DNA of 32,000 bases from Candidatus Nitrosopelagicus brevis (GCF_000812185.1 NZ_CP007026.1:525222-557221); one strand, 5' to 3'; shown: positions 22,556-29,838, numbered from the stretch's first letter. Program-made: numbers and translations. Notes: generated from the letters alone by a model not told the origin.

Positions 22556-23090
22556 ATAATTCAGTACCTTTCTCTTTTGTCTGAAATATTATAGCTTTGT
22601 GAGATTCTAGTAATTGATTCAAAAATCTATCTCTTAGTTCTTCGTTAATCTGTTTGACCTCAAACGAACAAACAAAGTTACCATTAATTTTTTCAAAACC
22701 ATCATCAACACATTGTTCAATTTCTGCCATTCTATCTGTCTTTTCTTCAGAATCAAAATCAAAGTAGTGTGTTGAAACAACTCTAATTTTAGCTTCTTCA
22801 GGTAATCCTTCCACTTTGTCTAAAATCATATCTGAATAATCTTCAAATTTTTCAGGAATCTCTACTATGTGTAAAAGCTCATTACTCTCTCCATCTTCAA
22901 TTCCAAATTGCTTCATTTCATCTAGGATTTTTTGACGATTTTGTGTTGTATAGAAGCAGTGTTGACCCTTGTCTAGTCCTTTTTTAATAAATCCATATTC
23001 TGTTTGCTTTTTTTCTTCATTTCCATCGTGAAAAAGCACTACATGTGTGCGCTCTAAACTTTCAAGAAAGTCCTCAGATTGCGAGCTCAT
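22542..23090 (-). CDS. MEDS-like (KaiC/RecA-derived sensory) domain protein
   Basis: 182 aa. THVVLFHDGNEEKKQTEYGFIKKGLDKGQHCFYTT resembles the MEDS N-terminal signature (H.v.fY...ee......fi..Gl..ge.c.y). Its 3' end overlaps the wHTH gene convergently by 14 nt. Confidence 0.6.
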   Translation of the reverse strand: MSSQSEDFLESLERTHVVLFHDGNEEKKQTEYGFIKKGLDKGQHCFYTTQNRQKILDEMKQFGIEDGESNELLHIVEIPEKFEDYSDMILDKVEGLPEEAKIRVVSTHYFDFDSEEKTDRMAEIEQCVDDGFEKINGNFVCSFEVKQINEELRDRFLNQLLESHKAIIFQTKEKGTELFTLP

Positions 23091-23111
23091 CTTAATTGAT
23101 GGTTTTTAGAG

Positions 23112-23119
23112 TATATAGA
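23112..23119 (-). promoter_or_regulatory. TATA box (CTATATAC on minus strand), 29 nt upstream of ATG 23090
   Basis: Position and sequence. Confidence 0.5.
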
Positions 23120-23124
23120 GAACC

Positions 23125-23138
23125 CTCACCTAGGTGAG
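23125..23138. promoter_or_regulatory. Perfect 14-bp palindrome CTCACCTAGGTGAG next to the MEDS-gene TATA box
   Basis: Self-complementary as read. Located at the BRE-proximal side of the TATA box. AGGTGAGT recurs at 25475-25482. Confidence 0.45.
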
Positions 23139-23196
23139 TTTCTTGGTTCCTACTGGTTATATGCAAAATTTGCTTTTCTTAGTTTAGGTAACAAAT

Positions 23197-23358
23197 ATGT
23201 TAAAAGATCCAAAAGTCGATTGTGTTTTCTGCAACAAATCGGTGTTCGACCACTCAAATTTTGAAAGCAGAGAATGCCTCTCAAAACATCTCCAGGTCCA
23301 AAAAATCCTTCAAAGCGCCATGGGTGAAACTGAATCTGGCCAAAACTTCTTTTCTTAA
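23197..23358 (+). CDS. Candidate 53-aa zinc-finger-like micro-protein
   Basis: Below the ORF-track cut-off. My translation is MLKDPKVDCVFCNKSVFDHSNFESRECLSKHLQVQKILQSAMGETESGQNFFS (C9-x2-C12-x14-C27-x3-H31). GTTATATG lies about 40 nt upstream and T-runs follow the stop. Confidence 0.4.
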   Translation: MLKDPKVDCVFCNKSVFDHSNFESRECLSKHLQVQKILQSAMGETESGQNFFS

Positions 23359-23393
23359 TTTTTCTATTTTTTTAAAAATAAAAATTTGATTAT
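23359..23393. terminator. T-rich convergent terminator region
   Basis: tttttctattttttt on the plus strand and two T5 runs on the minus strand, between two convergent stops. Archaeal termination typically uses oligo-T. Confidence 0.4.
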
Positions 23394-24863
23394 TTATGAG
23401 TAATCTGTATTGTAAACTGGTCTAGCACCGCTTGGTACTTCTGCACCAGCAGATTCCTTGACTGATTCTCCTCTTGCCTGGTAAACTCTGACTTTGTGAA
23501 ATACATTGTGGGATGAAAATATTGCCAATCCGGCAATTCCAGCTCCTATGAAATTCCTTAATGTCACATCGATACTTGGTTCTGCACCTATTACTGACAT
23601 TTGGAATACAACGTAAAAATTGTCAAATAACCAAAATGCCAAAGTTACCCATGATAGCAATCCTCCAATAAGATAGCCTAGCCTTGCTTTTTGTCTTACA
23701 AATAAAATTGCAAAAATAATTGCAACATACCAAATGAATGATCCAAATAACCATGATATTTCCCATACATCTGTTCTATCATCCATCCAGTAGTATGTGG
23801 AACCAATTATTGCCATGGCACAAAGTGAAATCAAAAGTAATTTTTGATTAACCTTGTAAGATGTTTTTTCTTCAGGTGTTTTTTCAATTGGTTTGAAAGC
23901 TACTTGTTCTTCTCTTGCCTCTTTGATTGCTTCAGTCATATGTTTGAGATTTACTGGAACAAATTCTTCTACTGATTTGTCTTTTACGTATGAGTCGTGA
24001 ACTAAACTGTCTACTAGTGGCCTTGCAAGTGATGCCTTTACCGGAGTTACCAAATCAATCCAGTATGATGATAATCTTGGCGTTAAAAATGGAATTTGTA
24101 TGATATTCAAATTTCTATTAATTATTGATGAATACAGTCTCATCATTTGTTCGTATGTCATTTTATCAGGTCCACCAATCTCAAATATTTTTCCGGCAGT
24201 TGATGGATTTTTCATAGCACCCACTAGATAATCTACAACATTTTCGACTGCAATTGGCTGCGTTGTAGATTTTACCCATCTTGGGCAAACCATTAGTGGT
24301 AATCTTTCAACAAGATATCGGAGCATTGCGTATGAACCACCCTCTGCACCCACAATTACTGATGCTCTCAATTCTGTAACTGGAATGGTTCCTGATGCTA
24401 AAATTTTGCCAACTTCGTGCCTACTTCTCATGTGTTTTGATAATTCTAAACTTTCGTTTACCAATCCTCCAAGATAGATTATTCTTTTTACTCCTGCGTT
24501 TTCAGCAGCTTTTAGAAAATTTTGTGCTTGAACTTTTTCTCTATCTGCAAATTGTTCCCATTCTTTTTTGGAACCTTCCATAGAGTGTAGAAGGTAAAAT
24601 GCAGTTTCTACTCCCTTGAATGCATTAGATAATGTGTCCAACTCTAACGCATCTGCTGCTACAAATTTTACATTATCTGAATTTTGATGTAGTGTTCTTG
24701 ACATCGCGGTAACTTTGTACCCTGTTTTGGATAATCTCTCTGTTAGTTTTTTTCCAATGAATCCTGTGGCGCCTGTAACTAGAATTGAATAATCATTGAT
24801 TTTGGCACTTTCTTTTAATGCTGCCATTTTCTCTAAATTACTTGAACTTGCTTTCTGACTCAT
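23394..24863 (-). CDS. NmrA/atypical-SDR-like NAD(P)-binding domain fused to a C-terminal four-TM membrane domain
   Basis: ILVTGATGFIGKKL (Rossmann GxxGxxG) within a ~300-aa epimerase/NmrA-like region. Then four hydrophobic helices follow (LLLISLCAMAIIGSTYYW, WLFGSFIWYVAIIFAILFV, LIGGLLSWVTLAFWLF, FIGAGIAGLAIFSS). Confidence 0.85.
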   Translation of the reverse strand: MSQKASSSNLEKMAALKESAKINDYSILVTGATGFIGKKLTERLSKTGYKVTAMSRTLHQNSDNVKFVAADALELDTLSNAFKGVETAFYLLHSMEGSKKEWEQFADREKVQAQNFLKAAENAGVKRIIYLGGLVNESLELSKHMRSRHEVGKILASGTIPVTELRASVIVGAEGGSYAMLRYLVERLPLMVCPRWVKSTTQPIAVENVVDYLVGAMKNPSTAGKIFEIGGPDKMTYEQMMRLYSSIINRNLNIIQIPFLTPRLSSYWIDLVTPVKASLARPLVDSLVHDSYVKDKSVEEFVPVNLKHMTEAIKEAREEQVAFKPIEKTPEEKTSYKVNQKLLLISLCAMAIIGSTYYWMDDRTDVWEISWLFGSFIWYVAIIFAILFVRQKARLGYLIGGLLSWVTLAFWLFDNFYVVFQMSVIGAEPSIDVTLRNFIGAGIAGLAIFSSHNVFHKVRVYQARGESVKESAGAEVPSGARPVYNTDYS

Positions 24864-24865
24864 TT

Positions 24866-25237
24866 TTACTCCTTGTCTAGTTTACGAAGTTCTTTAAGAT
24901 CTACAATCTCAATATCTTTGCTCAGAGTTACCAGAGATGATAATTTTGGTTTGGCATTTTTACCCATTTTAAGAACTAGTTTATTTTTATGTAATATCTC
25001 AAGTGTCACATTCTCTTTTTTTAGAACTTTTCCTATATGTTTGGCCTCAGTTAATTGTTTCAATAGGCTCATTTTTCCAGGAATTTTTGTAGGAAGGTGC
25101 TTGATGTTTAATCTTCTAATATCTCCTTTTGAGGAAAATTCTATAGCGGTACCATCTCCATCACTGATGGTTAAGTCTCCGCTACGGAGGTAAAGTAAAA
25201 AATTGGCAGGAAGGTCGCTTTTCATTTTCGTATCCAT
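24866..25237 (-). CDS. Hypothetical protein (123 aa)
   Basis: K/E/L-rich, protein-like composition. 2-nt gap to the downstream gene. The overlapping plus-strand ORF 24873..25193 is S/L/F/R-rich, as expected for an antisense frame. Confidence 0.65.
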   Translation of the reverse strand: MDTKMKSDLPANFLLYLRSGDLTISDGDGTAIEFSSKGDIRRLNIKHLPTKIPGKMSLLKQLTEAKHIGKVLKKENVTLEILHKNKLVLKMGKNAKPKLSSLVTLSKDIEIVDLKELRKLDKE

Positions 25238-25243
25238 TCCTGA

Positions 25244-25432
25244 TTAGGTTTTTGTTGTGATAGTCAAGCCACCTGTTAGTACAACTGTTCCTGTTGAAAC
25301 TTTCTTGCCATTGCGGTCAACCATTCCACTAAGTTCTAATTTGTCGAACTTGTATGAAATGGCTGCATGCTTTGCAGTTAGTTTATCAAAAACTTCTGCC
25401 AGGAGACTTGCCCATTCTTGTTCTTCTGTCAT
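25244..25432 (-). CDS. Hypothetical small protein (62 aa)
   Basis: ATG 25432 (MTEEQEWASLL) has TTTTATAC exactly 29 nt upstream. The longer 25474 start would place the TATA box and a TAGTG motif inside the CDS. Confidence 0.55.
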   Translation of the reverse strand: MTEEQEWASLLAEVFDKLTAKHAAISYKFDKLELSGMVDRNGKKVSTGTVVLTGGLTITTKT

Positions 25433-25453
25433 ACAAATCCTAATTACGTCATA

Positions 25454-25461
25454 GTATAAAA
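25454..25461 (-). promoter_or_regulatory. TATA box (TTTTATAC on minus strand), 29 nt upstream of ATG 25432
   Basis: Identical octamer to the opposing promoter at 25558-25565. Confidence 0.55.
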
Positions 25462-25463
25462 CG

Positions 25464-25554
25464 CTAGTGACCAAAGGTGAGTCTAGTGCCTAAATGTTAT
25501 CACCATATTACAAATAGTGGTAAATATTGGCACTAGAAGCACCCTAGTGCATAA
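25464..25554. promoter_or_regulatory. Cluster of five TAGTG-family motifs between two divergent TTTTATAC promoters
   Basis: CTAGTGACCAA at 25464-25474. CTAGTGCCTAA at 25483-25493. ATAGTGGTAAA at 25514-25524. TTGGCACTAG at 25527-25536 (reverse orientation). CTAGTGCATAA at 25544-25554. TCTAGTGCC (25482-25490) and GGCACTAGA (25529-25537) form a perfect 9-bp inverted repeat with a 38-bp spacer. Confidence 0.5.
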
Positions 25555-25557
25555 CTG

Positions 25558-25565
25558 TTTTATAC
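25558..25565 (+). promoter_or_regulatory. TATA box TTTTATAC, 29 nt upstream of ATG 25587
   Basis: Position and sequence. Confidence 0.55.
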
Positions 25566-25586
25566 TATAAATGGAAAATCTGTTTA

Positions 25587-26168
25587 ATGAGCACTACACA
25601 ATCACTTCCAAGTAAGATCGCATTGATGAAAGGTGGAATCGGGGCAGGCCTAATGGGTGGCTTCGCATTATTTTCATCATTCTTTGCAATCGATCAAATG
25701 TTAGATATTCCGGCAGGAACATTCTACAAAACCATCGGTGTTACAATGGGCGTGGATGAAACTTCAGCAATTGCAGTGGGCTTTATAGCTCACATGGGAG
25801 TTGCAGCATTGATTGGGGCCATGTACTTTTTGGCTTCAAACATTTGGAGATTCTTTAGATTGGTAACAGTTCCAAAAGCAATAATCACTGGTGTTTGGAC
25901 TGGGCTAATTGTTTTCACATTAGCATTTTTACCGATTCACATGTTCGTAATGACTCCAATGATGGAGGTAGAATTAATTATTACCGACGTATCAAAATTT
26001 GACTTGGAACAACAAAAGGCATTAGCAACCCTGTTGTATGAAAGCGACAAAATTTACATCAATGCTTTGATTCTCCACATAATCTATGGAGCAATCGCAG
26101 GATTCGTTGGAGGTTGCATAATGCATGAAGACTACAAAGGAGTGAAAAGGATTGGCGGATTCTGGTAA
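25587..26168 (+). CDS. Hypothetical multi-pass membrane protein (193 aa)
   Basis: Four to five hydrophobic helices (GIGAGLMGGFALFSSFFAI, AIAVGFIAHMGVAALIGAMYFL, IITGVWTGLIVFTLAFLPIHMFV, ILHIIYGAIAGFVGGCIM). Confidence 0.75.
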   Translation: MSTTQSLPSKIALMKGGIGAGLMGGFALFSSFFAIDQMLDIPAGTFYKTIGVTMGVDETSAIAVGFIAHMGVAALIGAMYFLASNIWRFFRLVTVPKAIITGVWTGLIVFTLAFLPIHMFVMTPMMEVELIITDVSKFDLEQQKALATLLYESDKIYINALILHIIYGAIAGFVGGCIMHEDYKGVKRIGGFW

Positions 26169-26199
26169 CAACAACGAAAGAGGTCTAAAACTTGAAGGT

Positions 26200-26523
26200 A
26201 TGTACAATACCTTCATGGGTCAAGTTTCACAACTATTCCCAAAGACCGACTCAAATCTATTACTCAATGTGATGGCTTTGGAAAGAAAGTTCCCAGATAT
26301 GAGACCACACGTTCACCTGGAGATAATCTTCAACAAAGGCACAGATGTCGAATTGCCAAAATATGAGATTACTGAAAAGTACCATGTTCAGGCTGCAGTT
26401 CACAGATGGGACAAGAATATTCTCGTTGTCACCGGAATGATGAACGTCGACACTATTGCTGAAATCGCAGATCACAAAACTGTGGAAAAAATATCTGGTA
26501 CAGCAAACGCTGCCTTTTATTAA
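26200..26523 (+). CDS. Hypothetical protein (107 aa from ATG 26200)
   Basis: The ORF-track version starts at TTG 26152, overlapping the upstream gene. The first ATG (26200, MYNTFMGQ) is preceded by purine-rich gaaagaggt...gaaggt. No motif recognised. Confidence 0.6.
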   Translation: MYNTFMGQVSQLFPKTDSNLLLNVMALERKFPDMRPHVHLEIIFNKGTDVELPKYEITEKYHVQAAVHRWDKNILVVTGMMNVDTIAEIADHKTVEKISGTANAAFY

Positions 26524-26560
26524 TCCCTTTTTTCTATTTATTTTCAAAATTCAAGTACCG

Positions 26561-26568
26561 TTATATTT
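26561..26568 (+). promoter_or_regulatory. TATA box TTATATTT, 29 nt upstream of ATG 26590
   Basis: Position and sequence. A T6 run at 26529-26534 after the previous stop may be its terminator. Confidence 0.5.
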
Positions 26569-26589
26569 GATCATTTTTGCCAAAATCCC

Positions 26590-26967
26590 ATGGTTGCAAA
26601 AAATGAGTTTGATCCTCTAATTAAGAAAATTGGTAAACTAAACAAAAAAATCCGTTTTATTGCAATCATCCACAAAAATGGAAAAATACTAAAATCTGAA
26701 ATGAGAGATGAAGTTCCATCTTTACTTAAAACAAAAAATGAAGAAAAGTTCTGCCAAGATGTAACTGCCCGTAGAAAGATGCGAGAAGAGTTTGACAAAT
26801 CTTTAGGTAAGGTCCGATTTGTAAATGTCGAGCGTGAGAATATCTCTCAAATTGTAATGTATGCAAAAACAAAGTCTTTGTTTATCACTGTTGAGCCTGA
26901 AATATCCATTACTGATAAAACCAAGATCATCTCTCAAATCAAAAAACTCACTGTTAATTTAAAATGA
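26590..26967 (+). CDS. Hypothetical 125-aa protein (Roadblock/LC7-like pattern, low confidence)
   Basis: Alternating alpha/beta pattern (IRFIAIIHKNGKILKSEM ... ISQIVMYAKTKSLFITVEP). 4-nt ATGA overlap with the downstream PIN-like gene. Confidence 0.6.
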   Translation: MVAKNEFDPLIKKIGKLNKKIRFIAIIHKNGKILKSEMRDEVPSLLKTKNEEKFCQDVTARRKMREEFDKSLGKVRFVNVERENISQIVMYAKTKSLFITVEPEISITDKTKIISQIKKLTVNLK

Positions 26968-27236
26968 AAATTTTAGTTGATGAGATGGATGATGGAATGG
27001 ATGAACGTCTAATCCAGCTAGGATATGATGCATACAGCGTTAAAAAACTCCGAACTGAAGGCAAAAAACTCCATACTGATTATTCAGTCATCAATTATGC
27101 GAAGGAAAATGATATGATTCTCATAACTCGTGATACTGAAAGTGGTCAGGCGTGCGAGGAAAATGGTTTACCTTGTATTTTATTAGACAATAATGAAATC
27201 TTCAAAATTGTAACTGAGAAACTAAAAAATTTCTAA
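26964..27236 (+). CDS. Small PIN-like (DUF5615 / Mut7-C-type) putative nuclease
   Basis: MKILVDEMDDGMDERLIQLGYDAYSV...DYSVINYAKENDMILITRDTE matches the pattern (F/I)LVDE.L......L..LGyD......D.eil..A..e.RillTrD. Confidence 0.6.
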   Translation: MKILVDEMDDGMDERLIQLGYDAYSVKKLRTEGKKLHTDYSVINYAKENDMILITRDTESGQACEENGLPCILLDNNEIFKIVTEKLKNF

Positions 27237-27255
27237 TTAGTTTCTATTGAAATAT

Positions 27256-28068
27256 CTAGATTGATGTGTTTTGAGATTTTAATATTCTTCTAGAAATAAT
27301 AAATGGCGTTAAAACCAATATTGGCACCGTGATTGCAATGAATAATGTCTGCAATTCTGTTATTGCAATTGTAAATACAACCGCACTTGTTGCTCCAATG
27401 AATAGTGACAAAAATGACCCAACGCAGGTTGGGCATGCTATGAATAATCCTGTTGCCGCCCCTATACTTCCAAGCCCTCCTGTCTTTTTTGTAATTGAAA
27501 TTGCATTTACTGCTAAAGCTGTATTTGTTGCAACAAGGTATGAGACAATTATTTGTAATAGAAGATTTATCGGAACTACATTAATTCCAACATGTTCTGT
27601 CAAGTATGCCACAAATTTTGGCATATATCCTGGCGGTCCACAACATGGTGTTACATGTGCTGATGGTACATCTGCACCATAATGATATGAAAATATCACT
27701 TCAGGTTGATATACCAAAATTCCTGATGTCATTGAAAAAAATATTCCATAAACTATGAATGTGATCACAAATGTTTTTTTGGCTTTACTTCCAAGTGTAT
27801 TGCTACAAATCATGGATAATGCAGTTGTATTTCCTGTTGCTGCAACTCTTTTTTGAAATTTACGTAGTCCTACTCCGATCATTCCTATTGAAATTGCAAA
27901 TAATATGTAAAATGCAGTTCCTAATCTTTGAATAGATTGAACCGCATCAGGAGTTATTTCCTGATATTCAAATCTAGCATAGATCAAAAATAAAATTCCA
28001 ATTGAGACAAATCCTAAAATGATTAGTTTCTTGTCATTTTGACCACCTTTGGTAGTCTCTGTTTTCAT
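27256..28068 (-). CDS. Multi-pass membrane protein with vicinal-Cys and CxxC motifs
   Basis: About six hydrophobic helices. HVTPCCGPPGYMP lies in a loop and LFIACPTCVGSFLSLF lies within a helix. Confidence 0.75.
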   Translation of the reverse strand: MKTETTKGGQNDKKLIILGFVSIGILFLIYARFEYQEITPDAVQSIQRLGTAFYILFAISIGMIGVGLRKFQKRVAATGNTTALSMICSNTLGSKAKKTFVITFIVYGIFFSMTSGILVYQPEVIFSYHYGADVPSAHVTPCCGPPGYMPKFVAYLTEHVGINVVPINLLLQIIVSYLVATNTALAVNAISITKKTGGLGSIGAATGLFIACPTCVGSFLSLFIGATSAVVFTIAITELQTLFIAITVPILVLTPFIISRRILKSQNTSI

Positions 28069-28089
28069 GTGAGATCTTTTACGTAGTTC

Positions 28090-28097
28090 ATTATATT
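28090..28097 (-). promoter_or_regulatory. TATA box (AATATAAT on minus strand), 29 nt upstream of ATG 28068
   Basis: Position and sequence. Confidence 0.5.
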
Positions 28098-28128
28098 TTT
28101 AACATATGTTCTGTAACTAAATTCCATA

Positions 28129-28560
28129 ATGGAAATTAATGAAGTTCAAGATCCAGATTATGAAGTAGTCACAATCAGTAATTTGGGATTTGTAGATCCA
28201 TATGGAAATGAAGGTCTAGTAATTTTACACTCTGATGATAAAAGAGAATTTCATATGCGTGCATTCTCTGGCGAAGTCTCTCGACATATTGCAAGCTTTT
28301 TGGATGATGATCATGACACGGTTCCAACAATTTACAAAATGCTTGAGGATATCTGTGAAGCAAATGAGTTATTGTTGGTAAAAGTCAAAATTTATGAAAG
28401 CGGTGATGCATTAAGGGCAAATCTTTACCTTACCGGAAAAAAAGACCTAGTTTTAAGAAATTACCGTGCATCCGATGCCGTAGCACTTGCAGTATATTAT
28501 AAAATTCCAATTCTAGTCCGAAGCAATATGCTCAAAAGTCCTATAGAAGAGACTACGTAA
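28129..28560 (+). CDS. BFN-domain (DUF151, bifunctional-nuclease-like) protein
   Basis: 143 aa. YRASDAVALAVYYKIPILV resembles the conserved RPSDAIALAlr...PI.V segment. An upstream LVILHSDDKREFHMRAFSGE segment also fits the family. Confidence 0.6.
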   Translation: MEINEVQDPDYEVVTISNLGFVDPYGNEGLVILHSDDKREFHMRAFSGEVSRHIASFLDDDHDTVPTIYKMLEDICEANELLLVKVKIYESGDALRANLYLTGKKDLVLRNYRASDAVALAVYYKIPILVRSNMLKSPIEETT

Positions 28561-29644
28561 CAATATCTTTGATCTTATCTTCTTCTACGGCTCGTTTAAT
28601 TTCCATGGCTATGCGTCGTCCAATACCAAATGTTGTACCGTATTGATATTTCGTATATGGGCTGGTTGTAGCAACAATTGGATTTCCTGGAACCCTGAGT
28701 GATACATCATACACAATCATCTCCAAATCTTTTGTGATTACACTTTGAAGTGAAAATGGACCAATAATGCCTGGCGCATATTCTTTTTTTACTGCTCTAA
28801 CAAATTTATCGCCCATTTTGAAAACTTTTTCCAACAATGACTCTCTGATGCTAGCTGGTGTATGTCCTACTTCGATATTTTGTAATGGAATGTCCATTTC
28901 CAATTGTTGTTTTGCAGGAAGTGCATTGTAATCATGTATGTTGGTTTGCAGTCTCCTTTCTATTCCTATGAAGTCTACTTGATCAGAAATTGGTGTATGG
29001 AAGAAGTTAAAATTTAGATACGTTCCAATTGCCAATTCCTCTATACTTGCTTTTTCTAAATCCTTTCTAGCAATAATCCCTTTTTTGATCTTTTCTTCAG
29101 ATTTTTCTTTGTAATCTGCATATGATGTAACTGTGAAAAATGCACGTTCTAATTTTCTGTTTTTTTCCATCACTTTGACAATTGCAGGTTTGTTAATTGA
29201 TTTTGGATTTTCAAAAATCTTTGGGTATTTTACACCTGCTTTTTTTAGCAGATAATACTGATTTCTCTTATTTTCTCTTTCCTCGGCCTGGAATAATTTC
29301 CTATTTCCAAATATTGGCACTTTCAGCTTATTTTCTAATATGTCGTAGCCAAGATATGCTGTAAGTGAACGGTGTGGAACAATTATTGTATTATTCTCTC
29401 TCATTAATTTTTGATTTGCTGGGCTTGCCATATCCTTGAATTTTTTTACAATCTTTATTTCATCTGCAATTCGATTAAATCTCTGGTAAGGTACTTCCCT
29501 TCCTTTCTGACAATAAACAACTGTTTCAAAGTCTTCATCTTTTGCACCATCCATAATTTCTAATGCTGAATGACTTCCCAAAACTCCAATTTTTGGATCT
29601 GTATACTCTGATGCAATCTTTTGCATCTCAGATCTTTTAATCAT
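28553..29644 (-). CDS. purP: 5-formaminoimidazole-4-carboxamide ribonucleotide (FAICAR) synthetase, ATP-grasp type
   Basis: 363 aa. IGVLGSHSALEIMDGAKDEDFETVVYCQKGRE at the N-terminus and the overall archaeal PurP layout. Confidence 0.85.
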   Translation of the reverse strand: MIKRSEMQKIASEYTDPKIGVLGSHSALEIMDGAKDEDFETVVYCQKGREVPYQRFNRIADEIKIVKKFKDMASPANQKLMRENNTIIVPHRSLTAYLGYDILENKLKVPIFGNRKLFQAEERENKRNQYYLLKKAGVKYPKIFENPKSINKPAIVKVMEKNRKLERAFFTVTSYADYKEKSEEKIKKGIIARKDLEKASIEELAIGTYLNFNFFHTPISDQVDFIGIERRLQTNIHDYNALPAKQQLEMDIPLQNIEVGHTPASIRESLLEKVFKMGDKFVRAVKKEYAPGIIGPFSLQSVITKDLEMIVYDVSLRVPGNPIVATTSPYTKYQYGTTFGIGRRIAMEIKRAVEEDKIKDIVT

Positions 29645-29665
29645 ATGATATCGTTTTGTCTTGTA

Positions 29666-29673
29666 AAATTAAA
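29666..29673 (-). promoter_or_regulatory. TATA-like box (TTTAATTT on minus strand), 29 nt upstream of ATG 29644
   Basis: Position and sequence. Confidence 0.4.
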
Positions 29674-29730
29674 TGCTTCTTTGGAACAGTTTTCTACTGG
29701 TAATTTTCTAGTTATGTTATGCAGGTTGAA

Positions 29731-29838
29731 ATGGTTCTTGTTGGTATGATTCTTTTTGGTGGAATGATAGCAGCTGCTGTCAAAATCTGGTTGAATAAAA
29801 GAAAGGAATCTGAGCAGTTGGATGAAACTCAAGCGTGA
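29731..29838 (+). CDS. Candidate 35-aa single-TM micro-protein
   Basis: Below the ORF-track cut-off. MVLVGMILFGGMIAAAVKIWLNKRKESEQLDETQA has a hydrophobic helix followed by a charged tail. TAATTTTC lies 30 nt upstream. Confidence 0.35.
   Translation: MVLVGMILFGGMIAAAVKIWLNKRKESEQLDETQA

Noticed and set aside
24873-25454. Plus-strand ORFs of 106 aa and 65 aa mirroring the minus-strand operon genes
   Set aside because: Both have S/L/F/R-rich antisense-type composition. The minus-strand frames have protein-like composition, operon spacing and a TATA box at -29.
26260-26798. Minus-strand ORFs of 95 aa and 75 aa
   Set aside because: They are antisense to plus-strand genes that have promoters at the expected spacing. 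No supporting signals.
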